Shown in pieces: positions 46,013 to 58,201 of a stretch of DNA of 64,000 nt. The notes beneath the pieces are model-generated. The model saw only the letters and a program-made list of their open reading frames with translations, was not told where the DNA came from and ran no database searches. Both the position numbers and the translations under genes were made by a program. The first letter of the stretch is position 1, and every line of letters starts with the position of its first letter. This DNA comes from an uncultured Ruegeria sp. Lineage in GTDB: Bacteria; Pseudomonadota; Alphaproteobacteria; Rhodobacterales; Rhodobacteraceae. The stretch is taken from NCBI RefSeq assembly GCF_947500045.1, contig NZ_CANMQQ010000004.1, positions 243,128 to 307,127 on the forward strand, written 5' to 3'.

Positions 46013-47197
46013 ATGGCAGATGCATTCCTGTCCCACATCACGGACACCCTGGAGCAGATCGAATCCGAAGGTCTGTATAAACGCGAACGCATGATCACCT
46101 CGCCTCAGGGCGGTGAAATCACGGTCGGCGGACGCCGGGTCATAAACCTGTGTGCTAACAACTATCTGGGTCTTGCGGATCACCCTGCCCTGATCGATGC
46201 AGCCAAGAACGCGATGGAACCCAAAGGGTTCGGTATGGCCTCGGTTCGTTTTATCTGCGGCACACAGGATATTCACCGCAAGCTTGAGCAGCGCCTGGCC
46301 AAGTTCCTGAACAAAGACGATTCCATTCTGTTTGCAGCCTGTTTCGATGCCAATGGCGGGTTGTTTGAACCATTGCTCGGACCAGAAGACGCCATCATCT
46401 CGGACAGCTTGAATCATGCCTCGATCATCGACGGGGTGCGGCTGTGCAAGGCCAAGCGCTATCGTTACATGAACAACGACATGAACGACCTCGAAGTCTG
46501 GTTGAAACAGGCGCGTGAGGACGGTGCGCGACACATCATGATCGCGACCGATGGCGTATTCTCGATGGATGGCTATCTGGCCAACCTGCCGAAAATCCGC
46601 GAACTGGCCGACAAATATGACGCCGTTGTCATGGTCGATGATTGTCATGCCACAGGTTTCATGGGGCCGAACGGCGCGGGCACACCGGATCATTTCGGAG
46701 TTGATGTGGACATTCTGACGGGGACCTTGGGCAAAGCACTTGGGGGGGCAATCGGCGGCTATATCGCCGGGCCGCAGCCAGTGATCGACCTGCTGCGGCA
46801 GCGGGCGCGGCCCTATCTGTTTTCAAACTCGCTGCCGCCCTCTATCGTCGCTGCAGGTCTGGAAGCGATCCGCCTGGTCGAAGCCGGTGACATGCTGCGC
46901 GCACAACTGTTCGGCAATGCTAAATACTGGCGGGAAGGGTTAGAGAAACTGGGTTTCGACCTGCTGCCCGGTGAACATCCGATCATACCGGTGATGCTGG
47001 GTGAGGCTACATTGGCCCAAGAGATGGCATCCCGGCTGTTTGATGAGGGCGTCTATGTTTCCGGTTTCTTCTTCCCGGTTGTGCCGCGTGGTCAGGCAAG
47101 GATCAGAACGCAGATGAATGCAGCCCTGAGCAAGGAAGAACTGGACCGGGCGCTGGCAGCCTTTGGCAAAGTTGGTAAAGAACTGGGGATAATCTGA
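46013..47197 (+). CDS. kbl: Glycine C-acetyltransferase (2-amino-3-ketobutyrate CoA ligase)
   Basis: [10 protein letters not shown], a PLP-lysine context (TLGKALGG), and overlap of one base with tdh. Confidence 0.92.
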   Translation: MADAFLSHITDTLEQIESEGLYKRERMITSPQGGEITVGGRRVINLCANNYLGLADHPALIDAAKNAMEPKGFGMASVRFICGTQDIHRKLEQRLAKFLNKDDSILFAACFDANGGLFEPLLGPEDAIISDSLNHASIIDGVRLCKAKRYRYMNNDMNDLEVWLKQAREDGARHIMIATDGVFSMDGYLANLPKIRELADKYDAVVMVDDCHATGFMGPNGAGTPDHFGVDVDILTGTLGKALGGAIGGYIAGPQPVIDLLRQRARPYLFSNSLPPSIVAAGLEAIRLVEAGDMLRAQLFGNAKYWREGLEKLGFDLLPGEHPIIPVMLGEATLAQEMASRLFDEGVYVSGFFFPVVPRGQARIRTQMNAALSKEELDRALAAFGKVGKELGII

Positions 47198-48240
47198 TGC
47201 GCGCGAACACGATGAAAGCGCTTGAAAAGTCCAAGCCCCAGGAAGGGCTTTGGATGGTTCAGGCCCCTGTACCCGAGATTGGCCCGGACGAGGTTCTGAT
47301 CCGTATCAACAAGACCGGCATCTGCGGCACGGATATCCATATTTGGAACTGGGATGACTGGGCTGCGGCAACGGTACCTGTTCCGATGATCACCGGCCAC
47401 GAGTTCGCTGGTGAAATCGTCGAGATTGGGCGAAATGTAGCCGGGTTCGAGATCGGACAGCGATGTTCTGGCGAAGGGCATCTGATCGGAACGGACAGCC
47501 GCCAGAGCCGTGCAGGCAAGTTCCATCTGGACCCAGGCACGCGCGGCATCGGAGTAAATGAACAAGGGGCGTTTGCGGAATATCTGAAGCTGCCCGCTTT
47601 CAACGTCGTTCCGCTGCCGGATGACATCCCGGATGAGATCGGAGCGATCCTCGACCCGCTGGGCAATGCCGTGCACACGGCGCTGAGTTTCGACCTGCTG
47701 GGCGAGGATGTCCTGATCACAGGTGCAGGCCCGATCGGCATCATGGCGGCCGCAGTCGCACGCCATGCCGGGGCGAGAAATGTGGTGATAACTGACATCA
47801 ATGCCGAACGGCTGAAACTGGCAGAACATGTAGCCCCATCGATACGCACGGTGGATGTCACAAAAGAAGAGTTGCCCGATGTCATCACCGAACTGGGGAT
47901 GAAAGAAGGCTTTGACGTGGGTCTGGAGATGTCGGGCTCGCAGGCCGCTTTGGATCAGATGGTCGAAGCGCTGGTCATGGGCGGCAAGATCGCACTGTTG
48001 GGCATCCCGCCCGGTCAGTCCCCCGTCGACTGGAGCCGCATTGTCTTCAAAGCCATCACCATCAAGGGTGTCTACGGCCGAGAAATGTTCGAGACCTGGT
48101 ACAAGATGATCGCCATGCTGCAGAACGGTTTGGACGTCAGCCGCGTGATCACACATCAGTTTGGCGTTGACGATTTTGCCGAAGGGTTTTCAGCGATGAA
48201 ATCGGGCCTGTCAGGAAAGGTTGTTCTGGACTGGACCTGA
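47197..48240 (+). CDS. tdh: L-threonine 3-dehydrogenase
   Basis: Zn-ADH motifs ([31 protein letters not shown]) and the kbl-tdh pairing. Confidence 0.92.
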   Translation: MRANTMKALEKSKPQEGLWMVQAPVPEIGPDEVLIRINKTGICGTDIHIWNWDDWAAATVPVPMITGHEFAGEIVEIGRNVAGFEIGQRCSGEGHLIGTDSRQSRAGKFHLDPGTRGIGVNEQGAFAEYLKLPAFNVVPLPDDIPDEIGAILDPLGNAVHTALSFDLLGEDVLITGAGPIGIMAAAVARHAGARNVVITDINAERLKLAEHVAPSIRTVDVTKEELPDVITELGMKEGFDVGLEMSGSQAALDQMVEALVMGGKIALLGIPPGQSPVDWSRIVFKAITIKGVYGREMFETWYKMIAMLQNGLDVSRVITHQFGVDDFAEGFSAMKSGLSGKVVLDWT

Positions 48241-48303
48241 TTTGCTGGAAAATTGCAAAACTGGCCTCTAAACAGGGTGCAAGCGACCTACCGGAGGACC
48301 AAG

Positions 48304-49185
48304 ATGGGCAGCAAAAAAGATGACCGATTGCTGGAACGTGGGATCGAGGACACTCTGGTCACCGATTTCGCTGAGAAGCATCGCAAGAGCTATGGTGATT
48401 TTCTTCAACTGAAAACTCTGCTTAACCTGCAAGAAACTTTTCAGGACCCGGCACAACCTGACGAGATGTTGTTCATCATCATCCATCAGGTCAGTGAATT
48501 GTGGCTGAAACTGATGCATCATCAGCTCCTCGAGGTACGTCGCTTCCTGCAGGCAGACGACTTTGGCCCGGCAATGAAAAACCTCGACCGGATCAAGGCG
48601 ATCCAGCGGCAGTTGATTACGGCGTGGGAAACCCTGTTGACGATGACACCTGCCGACTACATGACCTTTCGGCATGCACTTGGAAACTCATCAGGGTTCC
48701 AAAGCTATGGCTATCGACAGATCGAATTCATCTTTGGGAACAAGGATGCCTCGACGCTCAAGGTACACGCTCATGACCCTGAGGTCATGGAAATGCTGAA
48801 CGCGGCACTCACCAAACCATCGCTGTATGATGAAGTGCTGCATATGCTGGCCCGGCAAGGTTTTGATGTACCACAAGACCTGATCGAACGAGATTACGCC
48901 CAGCCTTATTCTGGCGATCCGCGCATTGTCAAAATCTGGGTCGAAGTCTTCCGCAATCCCGAAAAATACTGGGATCTCTATGCGCTGGCTGAAAAGTTGA
49001 TGGATGTGGAATCCCTGTTCCAGCGCTGGCGGTTCGACCATGCAACAGCCGTGGAACGCGTGATCGGGATGCAGCCTGGCACCGGTGGTTCCAGCGGAGT
49101 TGCCTTCTTGCGTAAAGCCCTTGAGCTACGGTTCTTCCACGATCTCTATGATATGCGGACGAAACTGATTTACGCCGAGGACTAA
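48304..49185 (+). CDS. kynA: Tryptophan 2,3-dioxygenase
   Basis: YGDFLQLKTLLNLQ, IIIHQVSELWLKL, and GTGGSSGVAFL. ATG 48304 is preferred over TTG 48253. Confidence 0.9.
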   Translation: MGSKKDDRLLERGIEDTLVTDFAEKHRKSYGDFLQLKTLLNLQETFQDPAQPDEMLFIIIHQVSELWLKLMHHQLLEVRRFLQADDFGPAMKNLDRIKAIQRQLITAWETLLTMTPADYMTFRHALGNSSGFQSYGYRQIEFIFGNKDASTLKVHAHDPEVMEMLNAALTKPSLYDEVLHMLARQGFDVPQDLIERDYAQPYSGDPRIVKIWVEVFRNPEKYWDLYALAEKLMDVESLFQRWRFDHATAVERVIGMQPGTGGSSGVAFLRKALELRFFHDLYDMRTKLIYAED

Positions 49186-49188
49186 GAC

Positions 49189-50016
49189 ATGCTGTATCGC
49201 GGCTTTACCCAGATCGAACTTGCGCAGGAATACTCTCCCAGCGCAATGGTCGGTGGTGATATAACACCCTATCTGACCAGTTATGCCACGCTGAGCGCGA
49301 AGGCGAGGGCTGAGCTGGAGGTGAAAGAAAACACCGCTTTTGGCGACACTCCGGGGCAGGTTCTGGATTTCTTTCCAGCGTCGCGTCCAAATGCGCCTTT
49401 GCATGTCTTCATCCACGGCGGCTACTGGCAGGCGCTCAGTCAGCGTGAATCGGCCCTGATGGCCCCGGCCTTGCATGAAAACGGGTACGCTTTTGCGACG
49501 CTGAACTATACGATTGCGCCCGAGGCACGGCTGGGCCAGATGGTCGAAGAATGCCGCAACGCACTTCTTTGGTTAGCGTCTCAGGCCGATACGCTGGGAT
49601 TCGACCCCTCGCACATCATCCTCTCTGGTCATAGTGCAGGCGCCCATCTGGCAGCGATGGTCATGGCGACGTCATCAGACCTTTTGGCTAAAGCTGGGTT
49701 GCGAATCCGCGATGTGATTCTGATCAGCGGTGTCTACGATCTAGAGCCGATCAGCCAAACACCGGTAAATGAACCATTGCAGCTGACGCCGGTTGAAATA
49801 CATGATCTTTCACCAATCCTTAATCTGCCCCTACCCGGCCCGCGGTATCATGTGACAGTGGCGGAAAGAGATACGGCTGAATTCATCCGCCAGAGCCGCA
49901 CCTTTGCCGAACTGCTGCGGAAGGCTGGTCACTCAGTCAGCTTTGATTTGCAGCAGGGCATGCATCATTTCGACATCATAATGCATGGATCAACCTTCGT
50001 ACCGCCCGCACATTGA
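49189..50016 (+). CDS. kynB: Alpha/beta-hydrolase arylformamidase (probable kynurenine formamidase)
   Basis: HGGYW oxyanion motif and the GHSAGAHL nucleophile elbow, immediately downstream of kynA. Confidence 0.65.
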   Translation: MLYRGFTQIELAQEYSPSAMVGGDITPYLTSYATLSAKARAELEVKENTAFGDTPGQVLDFFPASRPNAPLHVFIHGGYWQALSQRESALMAPALHENGYAFATLNYTIAPEARLGQMVEECRNALLWLASQADTLGFDPSHIILSGHSAGAHLAAMVMATSSDLLAKAGLRIRDVILISGVYDLEPISQTPVNEPLQLTPVEIHDLSPILNLPLPGPRYHVTVAERDTAEFIRQSRTFAELLRKAGHSVSFDLQQGMHHFDIIMHGSTFVPPAH

Positions 50017-50034
50017 CTGACCTCATTGCAAACG

Positions 50035-50066
50035 AAAAACAGCGGCTTAGACAAGCCGCTGTTTCC
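50035..50066. terminator. Bidirectional terminator between kynB and infB
   Basis: Stem CAGCGGCTT (50040-48) / AAGCCGCTG (50053-61), loop AGAC, with an A-run before and a T-run after. Confidence 0.8.
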
Positions 50067-50087
50067 TGTTTTAGTAGGCAAGGATGA

Positions 50088-52556
50088 TCAGTCCAGCGTG
50101 CGGGTCACTTCCTCGCGCTCGAAGATTTCGATCACGTCGCCTGCGCGGATATCGTCGTAGTTTTCGAACGCCATACCGCATTCCTGACCCGACTGAACCT
50201 CGGCGACCTCGTCCTTGAAGCGCTTGAGTGTCTTCAACGTGCCTTCGTGGATCACCACGTTGTCGCGCAGCAGGCGGACGCCCGCGGAACGACGTGCCAC
50301 GCCTTCGGTGACCAGACAGCCAGCAACCTTGCCGACACCGGTAACCTTGAAGACTTCGCGAATCTCGGCGTAGCCAATGAACTTCTCGCGGATCTCGGCG
50401 CTCAGCAGGCCTGAAGCGGCGGCTTTTACGTCATCCACAAGGTCATAGATTACCGAGTAATAACGGATCTCTACGCCCTTCTGGTTTGCGGTGTTCCGCG
50501 CTGACGTATTGGCACGAACGTTAAAGCCCAGGATCGGTGCGCCCGAGGCTTCGGCGAGGCCGACATCCGTTTCGGTGATCGCACCTACGCCCGAGTGCAA
50601 GACGCGTACACGCACTTCGTCGTTGCCGATCTTTTCCATCGCCTGAACGATGGCTTCGGCTGAACCTTGTACGTCCGCCTTCATCAGAATCGGAAGCTCG
50701 TTTACGTTTTCGTCTTCTTTGGCCTTCTGCATCAGCTGTTCAAGGGTTGTCGCAGCGCCAGCGGCGGCGCGCTTGTCCTTGGCGGCTTGCTCACGATAGG
50801 CGGCAATCTCACGCGCCTGCGCTTCGGTCTCGGTCACGTTCAGAACGTCGCCCGCTTCGGGCGTACCGTTCAGGCCAAGAACCTCAACGGGAACCGAGGG
50901 TCCGGCTTCCTTGACGCGGTCACCCTTGTCGTTGATCAGAGCACGAACCTTACCGTACTGCTCACCCACAACAAAGATATCACCCTGACGCAGCGTGCCG
51001 TTCTGAACCAGAACAGTAGCCACGGGGCCGCGACCCACATCCAGCTGTGCCTCGATCACGGCACCTTGGGCGGCGCGATCAGGGTTGGCTTTCAGCTCCA
51101 GAATCTCGGATTGCAGCGCGATGGCTTCCAACAGTTCATCCAGACCTTGACCCGTAATGGCCGAAACCTCGACGTCCTGAACCTCGCCCGACATCTTCTC
51201 GACGATAACTTCGTGCTGCAGCAGGTCGGTGCGGACCTTATCGGGGTTCGCATCCGGCTTGTCGACCTTGTTGATCGCCACGATCATTGGCACTTGGGCG
51301 GCCTTGGCGTGGTTGATCGCTTCGATCGTCTGCGGCATCACCGCATCGTCGGCGGCGACAACCAGAACTACGATATCCGTGACCTGAGCCCCGCGCGATC
51401 GCATCGAGGTAAAGGCCGCGTGGCCCGGTGTGTCCAGGAAGGTCAGCGTGGTGCCGCCATCGGTTTTCACCTGATAGGCGCCGATGTGCTGGGTAATACC
51501 CCCGGCTTCGCCAGCGACGACACGCGCGTCGCGGATTGCATCCAGCAGCGAGGTCTTGCCGTGGTCAACGTGACCCATGATGGTGATGACCGGTGGGCGT
51601 GACTGCAGTTCGTCATCGTTGTCTTCGACCTCTTTAATGACGTCTTCAACATCCGAATCAGACACGCGGGTGACCTTGTGACCAAATTCTTCGATGATCA
51701 ATTCGGCGGTATCTGCATCGATGGTCTGGTTCTGTGTGACCATCATGCCCATGTTCATCAACGACTTAACAACGTCAGCCACACGCTCGGCCATACGGTT
51801 GGCCAGTTCCGAGACCATGATGGCCTCGGGCAACTGTACGTCGCGGATCACCTTCTCCCGCTCGACCGGACCGCCCATGGCTTTCTGACGCGCACGCTCT
51901 TGCTTGCGCTTCATCGCAGCCATCGAGCGATGGCGATTGCCTTCGCCACCGGTGGCCTGACCCAGTGTCAGCTTGCCCGAACGGCGGTTGTCGTCGCGTC
52001 CCTTGCCACGGCCACGCTGTTCGCGTTCGCGATCCTGCTTGCGCGGGGCAGCTGCCGGGGCTGGTTTGCTGGCCGGGCTGCGTACGGGTTTGGGTTCTGC
52101 TGGCGCAGCGGCAGCACGTTGGGCCGTTTCTTCGGCCTCCTTGCGCTTGCGTTCTTCTTCTTCGGCCTTGGCTTTGGCCCGCTCTTCAGCCTCACGCTGT
52201 TCGCGTTCCTTGGCTTCCTGTTCGGCACGGCGGCGTGCGCGTTCTTCTTCACGCGCCTTTTCCTGTGCCTCACGGGCCGCGGCCTCATCGGCCTCACGGG
52301 CTTTGGCGGCCTGCAACGCTTTCATGCGGCGCGCCATTTCCGCATCGGAAATGCCCGCCGGACGACGCGAAGGATCACCCGAGGGTGTCGCACCACCACT
52401 TGGTTTGGTCGCGCCCGGCTTGGGTACGACCACGCGTTTGCGTTTGGTCTCCACCACGACATTCTTGGTACGTCCGTGGCTGAAACTCTGTTTCACATTT
52501 CCGGGGCGCGCCCCGCCACGAAGACCCAATGTCTTTTTGCCGTCACTATCGCTCAT
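50088..52556 (-). CDS. infB: Translation initiation factor IF-2
   Basis: Glu/Ala/Arg/Lys-rich N-terminal region, G-domain [12 protein letters not shown] and DTPGH, and NKVD. Confidence 0.96.
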   Translation of the reverse strand: MSDSDGKKTLGLRGGARPGNVKQSFSHGRTKNVVVETKRKRVVVPKPGATKPSGGATPSGDPSRRPAGISDAEMARRMKALQAAKAREADEAAAREAQEKAREEERARRRAEQEAKEREQREAEERAKAKAEEEERKRKEAEETAQRAAAAPAEPKPVRSPASKPAPAAAPRKQDREREQRGRGKGRDDNRRSGKLTLGQATGGEGNRHRSMAAMKRKQERARQKAMGGPVEREKVIRDVQLPEAIMVSELANRMAERVADVVKSLMNMGMMVTQNQTIDADTAELIIEEFGHKVTRVSDSDVEDVIKEVEDNDDELQSRPPVITIMGHVDHGKTSLLDAIRDARVVAGEAGGITQHIGAYQVKTDGGTTLTFLDTPGHAAFTSMRSRGAQVTDIVVLVVAADDAVMPQTIEAINHAKAAQVPMIVAINKVDKPDANPDKVRTDLLQHEVIVEKMSGEVQDVEVSAITGQGLDELLEAIALQSEILELKANPDRAAQGAVIEAQLDVGRGPVATVLVQNGTLRQGDIFVVGEQYGKVRALINDKGDRVKEAGPSVPVEVLGLNGTPEAGDVLNVTETEAQAREIAAYREQAAKDKRAAAGAATTLEQLMQKAKEDENVNELPILMKADVQGSAEAIVQAMEKIGNDEVRVRVLHSGVGAITETDVGLAEASGAPILGFNVRANTSARNTANQKGVEIRYYSVIYDLVDDVKAAASGLLSAEIREKFIGYAEIREVFKVTGVGKVAGCLVTEGVARRSAGVRLLRDNVVIHEGTLKTLKRFKDEVAEVQSGQECGMAFENYDDIRAGDVIEIFEREEVTRTLD

Positions 52557-52564
52557 TAAGCTTC

Positions 52565-53188
52565 TTACCCTTCCGCGCGGCCCTTGCCGCCGTCATCCGT
52601 TTCGCGCAAGCCACGCAGGCGCTGCGCTTCCTCTACAACACGTTTGGCGAGTCCGCCAGAGGCCAAGGCCGCATGAATCACGGTTTGGCGCCCAAATGCA
52701 GCCCCCAACTCGTCAGCGGTCAGCCAACCGATGTATTTTCCGAAGTGCGGCGTGCTGAGTTTCGACTTGCCGCGCCCCGATCCATCTGAGGCCTGAATCA
52801 GTACCTGAGCCTCTTCACGGTCCAGCCACGTCTTGACCTTTTCATAGCCCGCGACAGCGTCGCCGGACTTTCGCGCCAGACTGATCAGTTCGATCACCCG
52901 TCGCGTCATTTGTTTTTCGACCTCGCCCACCAGATCCTTTGACGCGGTCACCTGCGTCTTGAACCCGCGCGAGAACAACTTCTTGTTCACAGCCTTGTCC
53001 AACGCAGCGCGATCCGCCGCCACATAGACCCCGCGCCCCGGCAATTTTGCCGCGATATCGGGAAACACCTGACCGTCCGGCCCCGTCACAAAGCGGATCA
53101 AGCCATATTTAGGCTGAACCTCGCCCGTGGCGATGCACTTGCGTTCGGGGCCTTCCGACCGATCCTTATGGACGCCACCGCGACCCAT
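52565..53188 (-). CDS. YlxR (DUF448)/L7Ae-like RNA-binding protein of the nusA-infB operon
   Basis: RKCIATGEV...LIRFV...GRGVYV motif, positioned between nusA and infB. Start set at ATG 53188, downstream of the nusA stop. Confidence 0.8.
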   Translation of the reverse strand: MGRGGVHKDRSEGPERKCIATGEVQPKYGLIRFVTGPDGQVFPDIAAKLPGRGVYVAADRAALDKAVNKKLFSRGFKTQVTASKDLVGEVEKQMTRRVIELISLARKSGDAVAGYEKVKTWLDREEAQVLIQASDGSGRGKSKLSTPHFGKYIGWLTADELGAAFGRQTVIHAALASGGLAKRVVEEAQRLRGLRETDDGGKGRAEG

Positions 53189-53210
53189 GTGCGCCACCCG
53201 AGGCCTGAGA

Positions 53211-54824
53211 TCAGGCCTCGGCCTCCTCTTCAACGGTTTCACCGTCTTCTTCGGCCTGCTCCAGCTCGGCCGGATCAACCCAGCCCAACATGATGCGTGC
53301 GGTCATGACCATATCCTGTGCTTCTTCCAGCGTGACGCCGAAGGGCTCCAGAACACCATCGTCCTTGATGCGCTCACCATCGACTGTCGTCCAGCCACCG
53401 GCCAATTCCCAGTCAGCGCAGGTTGCAAAGTCTTCCAGCGTCTTCACATCATCTTTGGCAAGCGCTTCCACCATCTGGGGTGTCAGGCCTTCGAATTCAA
53501 TAAGACTGTCCTCAACGCCCAGAGCCCGCGCAGCATCCAGCGCTGCCTTGGCCTGTGCTTCCAGGAACTCGCGGGCACGGGTCTGCAGTTCCTGCGCAGT
53601 ACCTTCGTCTACACCATCGATCACCAGCAGCTCGTCAATCTCGACATAGGCCACCTCTTCGAGGTTGGTGAACCCTTCAGAGACCAGCAACTGGGCAAAG
53701 AACTCGTCCAGATCGAGTGTTTCCATGAACAGATTGGTCCGGGCTTCGAATTCCTTCTGACGGCGGGCCGATTCTTCGGCTTCGGTCATGATATCGATGT
53801 CCAGATTGGTCAACTGGCTGGCCAGTCGCACGTTCTGACCACGGCGACCGATTGCAAGGCTCAGTTGTTCCTCGGGCACCACGACTTCGATCTTGCCAGC
53901 TTCTTCGTCCAGAACGACCTTGGAAACCTCAGCGGGCTGCAGCGCATTCACCAGGAAGGTCGGCTGATCTTCGTTCCACGGGATGATGTCGATCTTTTCA
54001 CCCTGAAGTTCGTTCACAACGGCCTGCACGCGGCTGCCGCGCATACCAACGCAGGCACCGACGGGATCGATGGACCCATCATAGGAGATCACAGCAATCT
54101 TGGCGCGCGAACCGGGGTCGCGGGCGACGGCCTTAACTTCAATAATGCCATCGTAGATTTCCGGCACTTCCATCTTGAACAGCTCAGCCATGAATTCCGG
54201 CGCGGTGCGCGACAGGAATATCTGGTGGCCACGAACCTCTCGGCGAACTTCCTTGATGTATGCGCGCACACGATCATTCGGGCGATAGCTTTCGCGGCCG
54301 ATCTTGTCGTTGCGGCGCAGAACGGCCTCGGCACCGCCCAGATCGACGATGACATTGCCAAATTCTTCGCGCTTGACCGCACCGTTAATGATGGTACCGG
54401 CACGATCCTTGAAGTCTTCGTACTGGCGATCACGCTCGGCTTCGCGGACCTTTTGCAGGATCACCTGCTTGGCCGACTGCGCAGCGATCCGGCCCATTTC
54501 AACCGGCGGCACTTCTTCGACATAAACGTTACCGACTTCGGGCGCTTCCAAGTATTGCTTGGCCTGCTCAACGGTCATTTCCGCCTGATAATTCTCAAGC
54601 TCTTCATCCTCAACCACAGTACGAACGCGCGTGAAGGTCGCCTTGCCGGTCTTGCGGTCAATGCTGACGCGGATGTCCATCTCGGCGCCGTAGCGGCTCT
54701 TGGCGGCACGGGCGAGCGATTCCTCCATCGCTTCGACAACCAGACCGGGGTCGATCATCTTTTCGCGGGCCACGGCCTCGGCGGTCTGCAGCAGCTCCAG
54801 CTGGTTGGCTGAGGTGATTGCCAT
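53211..54824 (-). CDS. nusA: Transcription termination/antitermination factor NusA
   Basis: S1 and KH domains ([14 protein letters not shown]) and a C-terminal acidic repeat region. Confidence 0.95.
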   Translation of the reverse strand: MAITSANQLELLQTAEAVAREKMIDPGLVVEAMEESLARAAKSRYGAEMDIRVSIDRKTGKATFTRVRTVVEDEELENYQAEMTVEQAKQYLEAPEVGNVYVEEVPPVEMGRIAAQSAKQVILQKVREAERDRQYEDFKDRAGTIINGAVKREEFGNVIVDLGGAEAVLRRNDKIGRESYRPNDRVRAYIKEVRREVRGHQIFLSRTAPEFMAELFKMEVPEIYDGIIEVKAVARDPGSRAKIAVISYDGSIDPVGACVGMRGSRVQAVVNELQGEKIDIIPWNEDQPTFLVNALQPAEVSKVVLDEEAGKIEVVVPEEQLSLAIGRRGQNVRLASQLTNLDIDIMTEAEESARRQKEFEARTNLFMETLDLDEFFAQLLVSEGFTNLEEVAYVEIDELLVIDGVDEGTAQELQTRAREFLEAQAKAALDAARALGVEDSLIEFEGLTPQMVEALAKDDVKTLEDFATCADWELAGGWTTVDGERIKDDGVLEPFGVTLEEAQDMVMTARIMLGWVDPAELEQAEEDGETVEEEAEA

Positions 54825-55414
54825 CAGTTCGTCTCCTCTTCGGACCCTTCGGTCTCAATCTCGTCGAAAGCGTTTTCGTTCAGGGCACCGGCGTCTTTGC
54901 GCTGGCGCAGCATTTCCTTGATCAGTTCATCGGTCAGGACCAGCTTGGCGTCGCTCAGCCAGTCAAATTGCAGACCGATTGTGATCGTCTCATCTCCCTC
55001 GGGGATGTTGATCAGAACTTCATCCCCCTCAATCCCGGCCAGTTCGCCCTTGAACCGACGGCGACCATCGATCAATTCGGCGGTCTCGATCTTGGCCTCA
55101 TAGCCCTCGAACATCTCAAAATCCTTGAGACGGGTCAGCGGGCGGTCGATCCCGGGGCTGGACACTTCCAGCGCGTAGGCATCAAGGATCGGGTCCTCGA
55201 CATCCAGCGTGGCGCTGACTGCATTGGAAATCTCGGCGCAATCGTCCACTTCGATTCCACCGTCAGGCTTGTCGGCCATGATCTGCAGTGTGGTCATCTT
55301 GCCGCTCATCAGGCGAATGCGCACAAGTTCATACCCCAGGTCCTCGATCACGGGGGTGATGATCTCGGCCAGTCGCCGGTCGATGGCAGCTTTTGCTATC
55401 AGGTCGTTTGTCAT
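54824..55414 (-). CDS. rimP: Ribosome maturation factor RimP
   Basis: [10 protein letters not shown]...[12 protein letters not shown], with a 1-nt overlap with the nusA start. Confidence 0.9.
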   Translation of the reverse strand: MTNDLIAKAAIDRRLAEIITPVIEDLGYELVRIRLMSGKMTTLQIMADKPDGGIEVDDCAEISNAVSATLDVEDPILDAYALEVSSPGIDRPLTRLKDFEMFEGYEAKIETAELIDGRRRFKGELAGIEGDEVLINIPEGDETITIGLQFDWLSDAKLVLTDELIKEMLRQRKDAGALNENAFDEIETEGSEEETN

Positions 55415-55441
55415 CAGGTTCTCTACCCTTCAATCGGGCAC

Positions 55442-55463
55442 AAAAAAACGGGCGCGCGGCCCG
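55442..55463 (-). terminator. Rho-independent terminator separating the pip/SBP-like unit from the rimP operon
   Basis: The minus strand reads CGGGC-CGCGC-GCCCG followed by TTTTTTT. Confidence 0.8.
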
Positions 55464-55573
55464 TCGAAATTTCCGGTGGAGCCTCGGACCAGAAGTCCAA
55501 CGCGCCGCTGTTGCAAATGCATATACGCAGGAGTTTCCGAGTCTGCAACCCCCAGCGAAATTCGTGAACGGAT

Positions 55574-56395
55574 TTACGCCAGCCACCACCGTTCGGCGAT
55601 GCGGCCATCATCAAGCGGATGGCCCGCACCGATCTGTCGTGGCATCCCCACATGGGGGGCTACGGCCAGTGCCATATCTGCTTCATCCGGGTGAAAACGT
55701 AGCCTGCGATGGCCCTTCAGTTCACCACGCGCTGGCAGGGCCGCGATGTCCACATAGCCATCACGCAGCGCCTCGGCGCGCACACGAGCGTCGGGAATCA
55801 CAATGATTTCCACCGCATCAGCCCAACCTGCGGAACCGGTCTTGTAATGGCCAGCAACCTTGCGCCCCAGAAAATGGCGCCCATCCTCGGCCCGCTCAAC
55901 TTGAAAACACCCGGTGCCATTGGCCGTGTGCAAAGGTGTCACATCCTGCCCTTCGCGCGTAATAACAAACCGATTATCTGCCAACACGAAAGGGAGCCCC
56001 GGATCGGCCTCGGCCAATTCCAATTGAACCGTGTCGGGTGACAAGGCCTCGGCCCGTCCCAACCCGTTCAGAACTGCCACCACATCGGCAACATCCAGTG
56101 TCGCGCCATCGTGGAAGCGCACATCGCAGCGCAAAACAAACCGCCAGACACGGGCTTCTGCATCGGTTTGCCAGCCTGTCGCCAGCTCTCCGCGCAAGGT
56201 GCCGTCGGGCGCGATTTCGGTTAGGGTATCGAACACAGCGCCGCGGGCCACCTGCTCAAGACTGTTATCCCGTGGCACTGCCAGCCTTAGCGTTCCACCC
56301 GATTTCGGCGTGTCCGCCAATGAGGCCCCCGTCGCCGCCAGCAGCGCGGCAGCAGCACCCGAGGCGAATAACGCACGGCGGTCGATCCGCGTCAT
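55574..56395 (-). CDS. Half-length family-5 (peptide/nickel type) substrate-binding-protein-like protein with a Tat signal
   Basis: RRALFASGAAAALLAATGASLA twin-arginine signal and a GGTLRLAV...LATGWQ...VRFHDG SBP_bac_5 start. The protein is only 273 aa. Its start overlaps the pip stop (ATGA). Confidence 0.6.
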   Translation of the reverse strand: MTRIDRRALFASGAAAALLAATGASLADTPKSGGTLRLAVPRDNSLEQVARGAVFDTLTEIAPDGTLRGELATGWQTDAEARVWRFVLRCDVRFHDGATLDVADVVAVLNGLGRAEALSPDTVQLELAEADPGLPFVLADNRFVITREGQDVTPLHTANGTGCFQVERAEDGRHFLGRKVAGHYKTGSAGWADAVEIIVIPDARVRAEALRDGYVDIAALPARGELKGHRRLRFHPDEADMALAVAPHVGMPRQIGAGHPLDDGRIAERWWLA

Positions 56396-57369
56396 GATAC
56401 CCCCTCGGCCACGAGGTCCATGATACGGACCAACTCGGCACTAATTCCGGGTTCTGACAACGCGTGGCCCGCGTGACGGACCATCTTCAACTCGGCATTG
56501 GGCCAGCGTTCGGCAAGGCTCCACGCCGCGTGGGGTGGGCAAATCATGTCATAGCGCCCCTGAACGATATGCCCGGGGATATGCGCGATTCGGTCCATTT
56601 GATCCAGAATTTGCCCGTCCTTCTCAAGGAAGGCTTTATTGATGAAATAGTGATTCTCAAGTCGCGCAAAAGTGCGCGCATATTCACCCGGACTTTCACC
56701 GACCGAGCCGTTGGTATGGATCGAGGCCAGCGCGTTCTCCCAATGGGACCAGGCACGCGCGTACAGAATCTCGGTCGCGCGATCACCAGAGAAAAGGCGT
56801 TTGTTATAGGCCGCAATTGGATCTTGGAGATCGGCCTCAGGCAGCAAAGAGGTGAATTTCGCCCATTGCTCAGGCCAGAAACGCCCGGCGCCGCCGCCAT
56901 AGAACCAGTCCAGCTCGGCCTGCGTTGCCAGAAACACGCCGCGCAGCACCAGACGGTTGACCCGATCCGGATGCGTCTGTGCGTAGATCAACGCCAGAGT
57001 CGCCCCCCAGCTGCCACCAAACGCAATCCAATCCTCAATCTCGAACAATTCGCGCAGCCGTTCGATATCGGCCACTAAATGCCATGTTGTGTTCCCGTCA
57101 ACCGACGCCGTGGGCCGCGACCGGCCACATCCCCGCTGATCGAACAGAATCATTCGATACGCGGTAGGATCGAAATACCGCCGCATTGCCGGGCTGCATC
57201 CACCGCCGGGACCCCCGTGCAGAATCACCACGGGAATGCCATCGGGATTGCCGCATTGCTCCACATAGATACGGTGCCCATCGCCCATATCGACCATGCG
57301 CTGATCAAAAGGATCGATCGGCGGGTACAGATATTGAACTGCGCGCTTTTGGTCCGGGTACTTGTCCAT
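56392..57369 (-). CDS. pip: Prolyl aminopeptidase (proline iminopeptidase)
   Basis: HGGPGGG, DQRGCGRS, and the GGSWGATLAL nucleophile elbow. Confidence 0.9.
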   Translation of the reverse strand: MDKYPDQKRAVQYLYPPIDPFDQRMVDMGDGHRIYVEQCGNPDGIPVVILHGGPGGGCSPAMRRYFDPTAYRMILFDQRGCGRSRPTASVDGNTTWHLVADIERLRELFEIEDWIAFGGSWGATLALIYAQTHPDRVNRLVLRGVFLATQAELDWFYGGGAGRFWPEQWAKFTSLLPEADLQDPIAAYNKRLFSGDRATEILYARAWSHWENALASIHTNGSVGESPGEYARTFARLENHYFINKAFLEKDGQILDQMDRIAHIPGHIVQGRYDMICPPHAAWSLAERWPNAELKMVRHAGHALSEPGISAELVRIMDLVAEGVS

Positions 57370-57417
57370 TATGGCCCTATATAGTCCTTAAGCGTAAAAG
57401 AGCACACGGAGACAGGA

Positions 57418-58173
57418 ATGCAAGCGCATCCGAACACGGTTGACCCGTCCGAGATCGCAAAATTTGAGGCGATGGCGGCGGAATGGTGGGATCCCCATGG
57501 GAAATTCAAACCCCTGCACTTGCTGAATCCGTGCCGTTTGGATTATATCACACAGCAGATTGCGGGCGAATTTGACCGTGATCTGAAGGTTCCGCGCCCA
57601 TTCGAAGGCCTGCGCCTGCTGGATATCGGCTGTGGTGGAGGGTTGCTAAGCGAACCGATGGCGCGCCTTGGCGCTGAGGTTGTTGGGGCAGACGCCGCCG
57701 AGGGCAACCTGCCTGTCGCCCGCATCCATGCTGAACAATCGGGGTTGGAAATCGACTATCGCCACACCACAGCCGAGGCCATGGCTGCCGCAGGCGAACA
57801 GTTCGACGTGGTTTTAAACATGGAAGTGGTCGAACATGTTGCCGACCCGCTCAGCTTTCTGACCGCCACCCAGCAATTGCTGAAACCCGGCGGGCTAGAG
57901 GTTTGTTCGACCCTCAACCGAAACCCGAAATCCTATGCCATGGCGATTTTCGGGGCCGAGGTCGTCATGCGCTGGCTGCCGCGCGGCACGCATGAATGGA
58001 ACAAGTTCATCACCCCCGATGAGCTGTTCGACCTGCTGCGTCAGGCCGGTCTGGACCCGGTGGACCGCAAAGGGTTTGTATTCAATCCGATCCTGTGGAG
58101 CTGGTCGATCTCGGACCGGGATCTGAGCGTGAACTATGTGACCGCGAGTGTGAAGTCGGGACCCAGCCAGTAG
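57418..58173 (+). CDS. ubiG: Ubiquinone biosynthesis O-methyltransferase UbiG
   Basis: [23 protein letters not shown] and [20 protein letters not shown]. Confidence 0.92.
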   Translation: MQAHPNTVDPSEIAKFEAMAAEWWDPHGKFKPLHLLNPCRLDYITQQIAGEFDRDLKVPRPFEGLRLLDIGCGGGLLSEPMARLGAEVVGADAAEGNLPVARIHAEQSGLEIDYRHTTAEAMAAAGEQFDVVLNMEVVEHVADPLSFLTATQQLLKPGGLEVCSTLNRNPKSYAMAIFGAEVVMRWLPRGTHEWNKFITPDELFDLLRQAGLDPVDRKGFVFNPILWSWSISDRDLSVNYVTASVKSGPSQ

Positions 58174-58201
58174 CGCAATTCTGTAAAAGGAAAACCTATT
58201 G

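Noticed and set aside
45226-46693. Two minus-strand ORFs (248 and 245 aa)
   Set aside because: They are antisense to the XRE-cupin regulator gene and to kbl, with no recognisable motifs.
47092-48156. 354-aa ORF on the minus strand
   Set aside because: It is antisense to tdh and the end of kbl, and is a shadow ORF of a high-GC gene.
51678-52758. Several long plus-strand ORFs (293, 261 and 172 aa) and a minus-strand alternative frame
   Set aside because: They overlap the repetitive Glu/Ala/Arg/Lys-coding N-terminal region of infB, where all frames stay open because of the biased repeats.
53127-54812. 561-aa ORF on the plus strand
   Set aside because: It is antisense to nusA, which has clear S1/KH motifs and operon context. 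The translation is low-complexity and no RBS is present, so it is a shadow ORF.
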